From contig NC_042999.1 in the NCBI RefSeq assembly GCF_006345805.1, positions 32,612,001 through 32,676,000 on the forward strand: a DNA stretch of 64,000 nt, written 5' to 3'. Position numbers and translations under genes: made by a program. Every line of letters begins with the position of its first letter. Within the stretch, counting starts at the first letter, position 1. Positions 39,871 through 50,509 of this stretch are shown here, one piece after another. The notes below the pieces were generated by a model. The model ran no database searches. It was given only the letters and a program-made list of their open reading frames with translations, and had not been told where the DNA came from. The stretch comes from Octopus sinensis (Eukaryota).

Positions 39871-39968
39871 CTTTTACTGATGAAGTGTGACCTATGGTAG
39901 ACCAGCTTAATTAATTTAATTAAGCTGGTCTATCATTAAAGACACCGAAACGATGCATCGTATAAAAG
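39871..39968 (+). ncRNA. Type I hammerhead, inverted unit 1
   Basis: Stem I (T)CTTTTA/TAAAAG(A); CTGATGA 39877-39883; stem II GTGT/ACAC + ATGG/TCAT + 15-bp TAGACCAGCTTAATT hairpin; GAAA 39947-39950; palindromic stem III CGATGCATCG; predicted cleavage after GUA at 39962. Confidence 0.82.
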
Positions 39969-40343
39969 ATGAATTAGGGTAAATGTTTTTAAATTTTCAC
40001 CTTATTTCCGAATTACACTACTTGGCGGTTGGAGTTATGGCTGCTCTTTCTGGTGGACGAATGGCCTGTTCAGGCCATTCCTAAATTGTTATATTTATAC
40101 ATATTTAGTCTTTGACTATTTTCTCTTTTCCATTAGGCCGCTGGTAGCGATAAATTTTTACTGAATTTTTTGCTACCCTAAATTGATTAATTGATAATTT
40201 TCTGACTAATTCTGAGATTGAATCGGCAGTTTATATTGCTGCCGATAAGTTTGGCGCGAATGCGTTGGTCTTGAAAATTTTAAGACAGATATTCCCGAGG
40301 CATTGATACAGTAGCCTCGTGTATATCCGTCTCTCCCAGGTTT

Positions 40344-40442
40344 CTTTTACTGATGAAGTGTGACCTATGGTAGACCAGCTTAATTTAATTTAATTAAGCT
40401 GGTCTATCATTAAAGACACCGAAACGATGCATCGTATAAAAG
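40344..40442 (+). ncRNA. Type I hammerhead, inverted unit 2
   Basis: Intact core. Confidence 0.82.
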
Positions 40443-40818
40443 ATGAATTAGGGTAAATGTTTTTAAATTTTCACCTTATTTCCGAATTACACTACTTGGC
40501 GGTTGGAGTTATGGCTGCTCTTTCTGGTGGACGAATGGCCTGTTCAGGCCATTCCTAAATTGTTATATTTATACATATTTAGTCTTTGACTATTTTCTCT
40601 TTTCCATTAGGCCGCTGGTAGCGATAAATTTTTACTGAATTTTTTGCTACCCTAAATTGATTAATTGATAATTTTCTGACTAATTCTGAGATTGAATCGG
40701 CAGTTTATATTTGCTGCCGATAAGTTTGGCGCGAATGCGTTGGTCTTGAACATTTTAAGACAGATATTCCCGAGGCATTGATACAGTAGCCTCGTGTATA
40801 TCCGTCTCTCCCAGGTTT

Positions 40819-40917
40819 CTTTTACTGATGAAGTGTGACCTATGGTAGACCAGCTTAATTTAATTTAATTAAGCTGGTCTATCATTAAAGACACCGAAAC
40901 GATGCATCGTATAAAAG
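40819..40917 (+). ncRNA. Type I hammerhead, inverted unit 3
   Basis: Intact core. Confidence 0.82.
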
Positions 40918-41146
40918 ATGAATTAGGGTAAATGTTTTTAAATTTTCACCTTATTTCCGAATTACACTACTTGGCGGTTGGAGTTATGGCTGCTCATTCT
41001 GGTGGACGAATGGCCTGTTCAGGCCATTCCTAAATTGTTATATTTATACATATTTAGTCTTTGACTATTTTCTCTTTTCCATTAGGCCGCTGGTAGCGAT
41101 AAATTTTTACTGAATTTTTTGCTACCCTAAATTGATTAATATATAT

Positions 41147-41190
<44 letters not shown>

Positions 41191-41602
41191 GGAAAATAAG
41201 TTCAAAAAGAATAATTCAAACTTTTGAGAGATCCAAAATAAAGCAAGATCATTTCTAATAAAGATGCATCACGTTCATAAAAGAACCCAAAGCAAGTAAT
41301 AAGAATAGGAAAATAATACTTTAAACATTTTGTAATAGTTATAAATATACCATAAACAAATATTAAAAAAATGGAAGAAAAAAGATGTTGAATCAAAATT
41401 TGATCTAAATACAAAATTGGATTCAATGTATACGCACGTTTCGAAGGACACAACAAATATGCAAGAAAACATTTATAATCATAGTAATTATAACTAGATT
41501 TAGGAATTTATGGAAGAACATCAAAAAAGGCCTAACAAAATAAAATAAAATAAAATAAGGGAAATTAAGGGAGAATGCAGATGGGGTAGATAATAATAAT
41601 AA

Positions 41603-41669
<67 letters not shown>

Positions 41670-41679
41670 TAATAATAAT

Positions 41680-41743
<64 letters not shown>

Positions 41744-41771
41744 TAATAATAATAATAATAATAATATTAAT

Positions 41772-41833
<62 letters not shown>

Positions 41834-42435
41834 GAAGAAACGAAAAAGAAAAAAGAATGGCATTTCCATATGTATGCAAGTCTATATATGCAGTAAACTA
41901 TAACATAATAAAAGGAAATAGTAACAGGTTTAGACGAAGTATAATGTATACAAAGTCTATGTGTGTATAGTAGAATATAACGCATCAGGAACACTAGCAG
42001 AACGAAGACATAGAGAGACATACCTGTAAATACAAATATTGAAAATAATATATATATCAGAAGAGGCTTAAATCTCATAGAAAAGCTATGTTTGAAAAAG
42101 ATTCAATATTAAAATAAAAAAACAAGGAAACAAAATCCAAAGAGAACTTAACAACGAAAACGCAATTGGCCCGGGGTGGGGAAGACAATGGAAAAGAATT
42201 GGAACAAAAACGAATCTATGAAGGAGAAAAATTTACAAGTGACAGAAAAAACGTATACACTTAACACATAATGATATACAGTCATACATATATACATATA
42301 CCTATACACGTATATACACATATAGACATAAACATAAAATACATTCATGCGCAAACACAAAAACATATACAAGTATACATATACATACCTACATGCGAAT
42401 ATGTATATGTATATATATTTATACATATGTGTATG

Positions 42436-42483
<48 letters not shown>

Positions 42484-42714
42484 CACATAAAAATACACAC
42501 ACACATATGTATACATACATATATATATACACATATACTTATAAAAACATGAGCGCATGTGCATAAACATGCCTATACAGACATACATACATACACACTC
42601 AGAGAAAACATGCATACACATATGCCTAAGAGCAAAATAAGAAATAATGGAAATGAAAAGGGGGTAATGAATAAGATTATTTAATGTTAACGAAAAGGAG
42701 TTAGGGGATATTTT

Positions 42715-43400
42715 TACAAGCAAAAACCCTTTCATCTCTCGAATTTAAGATAGAACCATACATTTTCATAATTATATAAGACTCTTCTATTCATAAAAGA
42801 CACTTTCTATTTGTAGTCCTATAAGTTGGAGTAGAAGAAACAATATTCCAAGAAATTGAGAATGTGCTGCCGTACCTTTTTGGATAAACTAGTACTGCTT
42901 TCTTTCCGAAGATCATTAAATGATGAATTATGATTAATCAGAGAGATCATGTGTTGTAAAAGTAGCTGAATTAACAACAATTTCAGTTTTACAATTACCT
43001 TTAACCTCACAGGTGTTGGAGTTTCTACAGTTACAATTGTTACTAATATTAGACGTACTTTTGTTATGTGTATGCGTGTTGACAGAGGTAGTGTTTGTGT
43101 GAGTAAGGGAATCTTTTGTAGAAGATACGGAGCTATATGAATTTTTGGGTTTAGTATTAGAAGTAGAGGGGGTTAAATTCTTGTTGTAAAAATTTAATTT
43201 GCTATTGTTAAAGGAAGAAATAATGCAAAAATGTTAGGAGAAACGGAAAAGCCGAATCTAACCATACCGTTATTGAATATCCCAGTATATGTAGATTATT
43301 TAAAATTTTATTTAATAATGGAACGAAGAGACTTTCTAAAATTGGACTTGAAATGTTTAGCAACGGGAATATAATCCAAATTATGTTATTATTGTGTTTC
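42715..43400 (-). mobile_element. Penelope-like element 3' fragment (GIY-YIG)
   Basis: GIFNNGMVRFGFSVSPN, NCNCRNSNTCEVKGNCKTEIVV, STSLSKKV, ISWNIVSSTPTY..RKCLL.IEESYII..ILNSRDERVFACK. Confidence 0.75.
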
Positions 43401-43536
43401 TCATTCGTTCTGTGGTTTTTATAAGACGGGTCACCCATTCGAATAAATGATATAGGTTACTTTTCCCTCTCGTATTAACACTATCATTAACATTCTTCTT
43501 CTTCTTCTTCTTGTTATTATTGTTATTATTATTATA

Positions 43537-43568
<32 letters not shown>

Positions 43569-43582
43569 TATTATTATTATTA

Positions 43583-43613
<31 letters not shown>

Positions 43614-44039
43614 TAAAAAGTATAAGACATCATTGATGTTGGTTATGCAGTTGTGTGGAGAATTAAGAATAAGTGAAGAAATAAGAGATTTATTTGTGAA
43701 AATATTTTGTTTGATGTTACTATTTCCCACATAGGTGCATGTGTATGTACGTGTATGTATGTGTGTATATATATGTGTGTGTTTGTATATATATATATAT
43801 ATATACATACACATAAAAATACACACACACATATGTATACATACATATATATATACACATATACTTATAAAAACATGAGCGCATGTGCATAAACATGCCT
43901 ATACAGACATACATACATACACACTCAGAGAAAACATGCATACACATATGCCTAAGAGCAAAATAAGAAATAATGGAAATGAAAAGGGGGTAATGAATAA
44001 GATTATTTAATGTTAACGAAAAGGAGTTAGGGGATATTT

Positions 44040-44730
44040 TTACAAGCAAAAACCCTTTCATCTCTCGAATTTAAGATAGAACCATACATTTTCATAATTA
44101 TATAAGACTCTTCTATTCATAAAAGACACTTTCTATTTGTAGTCCTATAAGTTGGAGTAGAAGAAACAATATTCCAAGAAATTGAGAATGTGCTGCCGTA
44201 CCTTTTTGGATAAACTAGTACTGCTTTCTTTCCGAAGATCATTAAATGATGAATTATGATTAATCAGAGAGATCATGTGTTGTAAAAGTAGCTGAATTAA
44301 CAACAATTTCAGTTTTACAATTACCTTTAACCTCACAGGTGTTGGAGTTTCTACAGTTACAATTGTTACTAATATTAGACGTACTTTTGTTATGTGTATG
44401 CGTGTTGACAGAGGTAGTGTTTGTGTGAGTAAGGGAATCTTTTGTAGAAGATACGGAGCTATATGAATTTTTGGGTTTAGTATTAGAAGTAGAGGGGGTT
44501 AAATTCTTGTTGTAAAAATTTAATTTGCTATTGTTAAAGGAAGAAATAATGCAAAAATGTTAGGAGAAACGGAAAAGCCGAATCTAACCATACCGTTATT
44601 GAATATCCCAGTATATGTAGATTATTTAAAATTTTATTTAATAATGGAACGAAGAGACTTTCTAAAATTGGACTTGAAATGTTTAGCAACGGGAAATATA
44701 ATCCAAATTATGTTATTATTGTGTTTCTCA
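44040..44730 (-). mobile_element. Penelope-like element 3' fragment, duplicate copy
   Basis: Duplicate of 42715-43400. Confidence 0.75.
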
Positions 44731-44861
44731 TTCGTTCTGTGGTTTTTATAAGACGGGTCACCCATTCGAATAAATGATATAGGTTACTTTTCCCTCTCGT
44801 ATTAACACTATCATTAACATTCTTCTTCTTCTTCTTGTTATTATTGTTATTATTATTATTA

Positions 44862-44923
<62 letters not shown>

Positions 44924-45105
44924 ATTATTATTATTTAAAAAGTATAAGACATCATTGATGTTGGTTATGCAGTTGTGTGGAGAATTAAGAATAAGTGAAG
45001 AAATAAGAGATTTATTTGTGAAAATATTTTGTTTGATGTTACTATTTCCCACATAGGTGCATGTGTATGTACGTGTATGTATGTGTGTATATATATGTGT
45101 GTGTT

Positions 45106-45146
<41 letters not shown>

Positions 45147-45942
45147 GTATGCGTCTTATGTGAATATGTACCCCATTATTAATTTAATTTACTTGTTTGT
45201 ACCTTTCCTTAAATTTACATCCTTGTATGTGTATGCGTCAGTGTATGCACATGTGTGTGTATGTGTGTGTATGTGTATGTGTGTATGTATGTATATATGT
45301 ATGACTATATTCTTATCACTTGTAAATTTATAATATTTTTCTCTTTCATATATCCGTTTGTGTTCCTATTCTTTTTGATTGTCTTCTCTACTCCGGGCTA
45401 ATTTTTGAATAAGATAACTCCCCTGAATGCACCCATCAGTCCTGTCTGTGATCGTTGCTTTTTCTTTGTTATGTTCTCTTCGTTTTTCTCTACTTGTATG
45501 TACATTTATACTTAAATTTTGAATCTTTTTCAAACATAGATTTGTCTATCAGCTTTAAGTCCTTTGTAATATATTATTTTCAATATTAATATGTATACGT
45601 ACGGCTCTCTATGGCTTCTTTCTGCTAGTGTTCCTGTTCCGTTATATTCTACTATACGCAATTGGCTTTGTTTACATTATACTTCGTCTCGACCTGTTAC
45701 TACTTCTTTTAACATATCCGTTAGATTTTTTTTATTTTTATGCTATAGTTTACTACACATATAGACTTGCATACACATTAATGTCTTAGTGTTTCATTTT
45801 CGTCTCTCTCACTGTTACTATTTTTACTATTTCCCTGTTACAACATGTTTGTAATTATCCTATTTTCCCGTATTACCACATCTCTATTCTCCCTTATTTT
45901 ATTTTATTTTCTTAAACCATTCTTGATGTTCTTCCAAAAATT

Positions 45943-46049
45943 ATTCACACTGATGAGAATGATAATGCTTAAATTTAATTATAATTACTATGATTATAAT
46001 TTTTCTTGCATAGTTGTATTGTCTTTCGAAACACGCGAATGTATTGAAT
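45943..46049 (+). ncRNA. Type I hammerhead motif with mutated cleavage triplet
   Basis: ATTC-ACA-CTGATGA; 12-bp stem II GAATGATAATGC/GTATTGTCTTTC (1 mismatch, 2 G-U); GAAA-CACGCG-AA; TGT-att-GAAT closes stem I. Confidence 0.65.
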
Positions 46050-46080
46050 CCAATTTTGTATCAAATTTAATATTTACAGC

Positions 46081-46139
<59 letters not shown>

Positions 46140-46175
46140 TATATATATATGTATACATACATATAATGATTACTA

Positions 46176-46223
<48 letters not shown>

Positions 46224-46503
46224 TATTATTATTATTATTAAACGATTAAAAAATTAAAATCAGAAATTTAATAAAATTAGAGATTGCAAATTCAAGTATA
46301 GTTCAGTTCTATATTTAAGAGATGAGGTATTATGTACATCATTCGCATTTGACAGATATACGTCCTCATCTTGTTTGTTGTTAACACAACGTTTTGCCTG
46401 ACATACGGGAATATGGCGTAGTATTTAAGAGCACAGGCTACTAACCACAAGATTCCGAGTTAGAGGCAATGACCTGAATAATAATAATAATAATGATAAT
46501 TAC

Positions 46504-46539
<36 letters not shown>

Positions 46540-46548
46540 AATAATAAC

Positions 46549-46586
<38 letters not shown>

Positions 46587-46655
46587 TAATAATAACATCG
46601 AAAATTACCTTAGGAATGAGAACCCATTTTCGTAATTCCCCTATGAGACTTGGAG

Positions 46656-46722
<67 letters not shown>

Positions 46723-47799
46723 CAACAACAAAAAGAGGAGGAAAAAATATCTCTCAAACGTAAATAATGTAAATTATGTTCAAATAAGGAATATTCGGTT
46801 TACGTACCGTGTGGGGATTTAGATTGCATTAATATATGTGGCAAAAGTTGAAGGTATGAAAAAAAATGATTTTTGCTTGAACCTAAGGCCTTATTTTATG
46901 TATTTAGCAGCAATGAAGAGGAATGTTTTAATATATGGAATTTATGTTTTAGGCATAGCTTACAACCTGTTCATTGACGCTGATATGGAAGCACTGAATC
47001 TATTATGGACCATGATAATTTATATGGAATATTCCTATTTTTAAGAGGATGTATGTGACTGGTGAGAGTTATGGATTTACTGTGTATCTCAAATCTAAAG
47101 GAATTGAGATACGCAGCGTATCTCCGTTTAAAATTTATGGATGACCCTATATATATATGGTTGTAGAATTGTGTAGCGCGTTGAGGACGCTTTCAATTCA
47201 TTTTATCGAATCGGCTCACAATGCATGGGCCCCTAGTATAATTCCAGTAAATCTTATTTCATTTCCTTCTTCATTATCAGAAGTGTCCCGAAGTGGCATC
47301 CTCATTTCCCCTTATCCATAAACCTAAACGTTTGTAGAAACACCACCATACACTCTCCCAGCTCACAAACTCACAGAATCATATAGATGTACGTGCATGT
47401 ATATGAATATGTATATCTTTATATGCATGTGCTTAGGTGTTTGTATATTTCTGTGTCTGGGTTTGTGTAATAACTCATAATTATCGTTACTAATACCGAA
47501 TAGACGAACGATAAAGACGGACTGTATTTACCAATACCACTGTCAATAAAAATAACATCACATTACTAATGGTGAACTATACGCTGACATATATACTCGC
47601 ATACATAAATACATATATGTATGTACAGTAAATGAATAAAAAGCACTAAATATGACAATAAGAATAGCAACAACGATGACAACAATAGGCTGATTAAAAC
47701 AGAACAAATAAGGCGCCTGGAATTGTAAGAAAACGAAAACGAAAACGTTTTAGTGTGTAAATTTACGCTGGTGTTTGTTTGATTCACCAGCGGAAATAC

Positions 47800-49000
47800 C
47801 GAAGTTTCTGTAGTTTGTATAAAATCAAATTTTAAAGCTGACTCATAGAAAAATATTACAATCTACTCCAGACAGACGTTTTTTCAGTATAATTATTTTT
47901 GTAAAATCTTTTTAATTCTTGTAAACCGTAAATGCTGATCACACATGCTGGAGAAACCGCAACATTATTCACGATTTCGAGTGAATTAAAAAGATGAGCT
48001 TGACGCAACATGCCATCTTGAGACTTAGCATAAATATTTAGCCACTTGATTTCCAAAAGTAGACGAAATGGGCGCTAGAGCCTTTAATCGTCTTAGCTCT
48101 ATCAAACTTCTCTACTGTACAAATATAAAGTATTTGATCTGAAACAATATAACGAGAGATTTCTATTTAAAACCATTCATTTATACTTTAGTACAATGCT
48201 ATTGTCAATATAACATTGCTGGCTAAAATGGCAATATCGCGTTCAAACTGTGTTTTTCGTTCCATTTTATATCTCGTGACATGTTGCCATCTTTTAATGA
48301 CAGGAATTTTCATCTTGATGAACATATTCGTCAAAAAGGCCTCCTGACAGTGTTTCTAACTAAATACGTCCAGACAGCATAAGAATGTTTCAACACAAAT
48401 GTAGAAATGTAAAGGAATGGTGTTCATTAATAATGCTGACAAAATAAATAATAAGAAGGAAGCAGAATGTACATATGATATTCTGAAACGCATTCGTAAT
48501 TCTTTTGAACCTAAATGTCAGTGTATCGTCAGCATAGCGTCTCACTTAACTTGCTGGCCTTTTCATCCTGACAGCTTGTCACGAAGTTGACCTATCAACT
48601 CGCTGCCATTCATTTTTGAAATGGACTATTTTTCTGTAGTTAGTTTCGCCTTTTCTGAATCCGTGTAGCTATGAAATTTCATTTAATACCACAATTATAT
48701 ATTCCTCTTGTTTCCCAGATATTTTTCCAACTACCATTTCTTCTCGGAATTGGTTGTATTAGTTTTAAATACGTTTAATTCTCATGTGTTGTCTTTAAAT
48801 AATCAGCAGTACAAACATTAGATGTTTACATCGGCATATTGATTAACTGTGTAACCACAGCTCTCTAGCCTTTTGTGATGACTTGGATTTCAGAAAATGG
48901 TATTATTGAATTTCAGATCACTGAAGTTAGGTAGAGATATCAACAAAGGCATTCCGTATACGTGGAGACAATTTCGTATTAGACAGTATTACGTTACTCA
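47800..49000 (-). mobile_element. Very degenerate LINE RT remnant (RTE-like)
   Basis: RRYADDTLT motif near 48520-48545; the remainder is weak. Confidence 0.3.
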
Positions 49001-49704
49001 CAGTGCCTTTTCCTTAATTAAGACTACATGGGGTAATTTGGGCGAGATTTAGTTACTATGCTAAGCAGCTCAAGCAAAAACATTTAAGATCCTTCATTAA
49101 ATGAACTACGACGGAAAAAATTGTGGTAAAATGTAAATTCACGTTTATTTTAGCAAAATGTTTTAAACCTAGTTAGATAACAAAACCTATTGCTGCATAT
49201 TAAATCTTCCTCTTAGAATAACTAATAATGTTATTTAGAAACAGAGGTAGCATCCTATTGCTCCCTCACTTCCAAAACATTATTATCTGGGCTATTTCTT
49301 TAGGCTCTTAAAATAAGTGTTCTTCCTTAGTTCAAATAATGCGTTGAATAATAGCCGTTTTTTTTGTCTGAGTTAGTGACATTTGATGTAGGCACAAACT
49401 CTGGAATTAGGGGCTGTGACTGCGCTTCGCATGCAGAAATGACATCTGTTCGATTGTTTTTATTGCGTGATCTACTATATTGTAGTAGTGGTGGTGATGG
49501 TGGTGGTTGTGATGGTGGTGGTTGTGATGGTGGTGGTGGTGGCGGTGCTGGTAGTGGTGGCGGTGCTGGTAATAGTAGTAACAGAGCAACATCAGCAGTA
49601 GCAGCAGCAGCAGAGAACATAGATGCATTAGAGCAAACCTACAGAGAACATAGATGCATTAGAGAGAATTGTTTCGAATTTGTTCGGATCAAGAAGTAAG
49701 TGAA

Positions 49705-49890
49705 GGTGCGTGGCCTTGCTGGTTATAATTTTGCAGTCATGGTCGCCAGATTGTGAGTTCAATTCGCTGACAGGGCGGTGTATTGCGTTCTTGAGCAAAG
49801 CACTTCATTTCACGTTGCTCCAGTGCTGTGTGGGGACCTGGATGTCAAAGAATATACCCAATGATTCCTCTGTGTGTCGTAAAAGCGACT
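49705..49890 (+). mobile_element. SINE family D
   Basis: B box GAGTTCAATTC followed by TTCTTGAGCAAAGCACTTCATTTCACGTTGCTCCAG. Confidence 0.75.
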
Positions 49891-50029
49891 AAAAGAGATG
49901 AGATTGTAGTAAGATCTTAACTCCAGCGCCGTAAAACAGCGACTACCCAAAACAGTGGTGTCATCCATCTCGAGGAGCGGATCTCCAGCAAATCCGGGGT
50001 GCGGTGACGTGCTCTTACAGCGCATGCCT

Positions 50030-50043
50030 CCAAACTACTACTT

Positions 50044-50077
<34 letters not shown>

Positions 50078-50078
50078 A

Positions 50079-50131
<53 letters not shown>

Positions 50132-50226
50132 CACTGCTGCTGCTGATGATGGTGATGCTATTCTGCTACTACTATTACCTGCACCACCACCAACGCCACT
50201 ACCGCCACCGCCCTCATTAATACTAT

Positions 50227-50289
<63 letters not shown>

Positions 50290-50354
50290 AAATAATAATA
50301 ATAATAATAATAATAGTAATAATAATAATAATAATGATAATAATAATAATAATA

Positions 50355-50448
<94 letters not shown>
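50030..50448 (+). repeat. Compound (TAC)n/(AAT)n microsatellite
   Basis: Direct reading. Confidence 0.95.
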
Positions 50449-50509
50449 GTTCTACCAAGAACTGGGCAAAAATAAAATAGAAGTCACTGTAGCACCAACG
50501 GCAGAAGAA

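Larger units (their letters stand above)
36461..41139. repeat. ~474-bp tandem array, 7 forward and 3 inverted units, hammerhead-containing (retrozyme-like)
   Basis: Forward unit starts at 36461, 36935, 37407, 37879, 38353, 38824, 39299; inversion at about 39696; reverse units start at 39707, 40181, 40655; (TA)n at both outer ends. Confidence 0.97.
42470..45130. repeat. Near-identical ~1.32-kb direct tandem duplication
   Basis: Identical ORFs 42819-43010 and 44145-44336 (offset 1326); differences are mainly microsatellite lengths. Confidence 0.92.
41400..46070. repeat. Old ~0.8-0.9 kb inverted repeat (41400-42300 / 45290-46070) flanking PLE fragments
   Basis: Blocks such as GTTATATTCTACTATAC..CATTATACTTCGTCT..ACCTGTTACTA, CTGCTAGTGTTCCTG and TTGAATCCAATTTTGTAT are shared in opposite orientation. 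Confidence 0.8.

Noticed and set aside
40020-40080. Possible Pol III A box (TGGCGGTTGG) and B box (GTTCAGGCC) in the array unit
   Set aside because: Both deviate from consensus, and the B-box-like string is part of a palindrome.
36461-41139. CRISPR array or rDNA/histone repeat interpretation
   Set aside because: No unique spacers, no cas genes, and no rRNA or histone similarity; the units are near-identical 474-mers.
49364-49699. 111-aa Gly-rich ORF
   Set aside because: Built from (GGT)n/(GCA)n repeats and a 22-bp local duplication; no splice or homology support.
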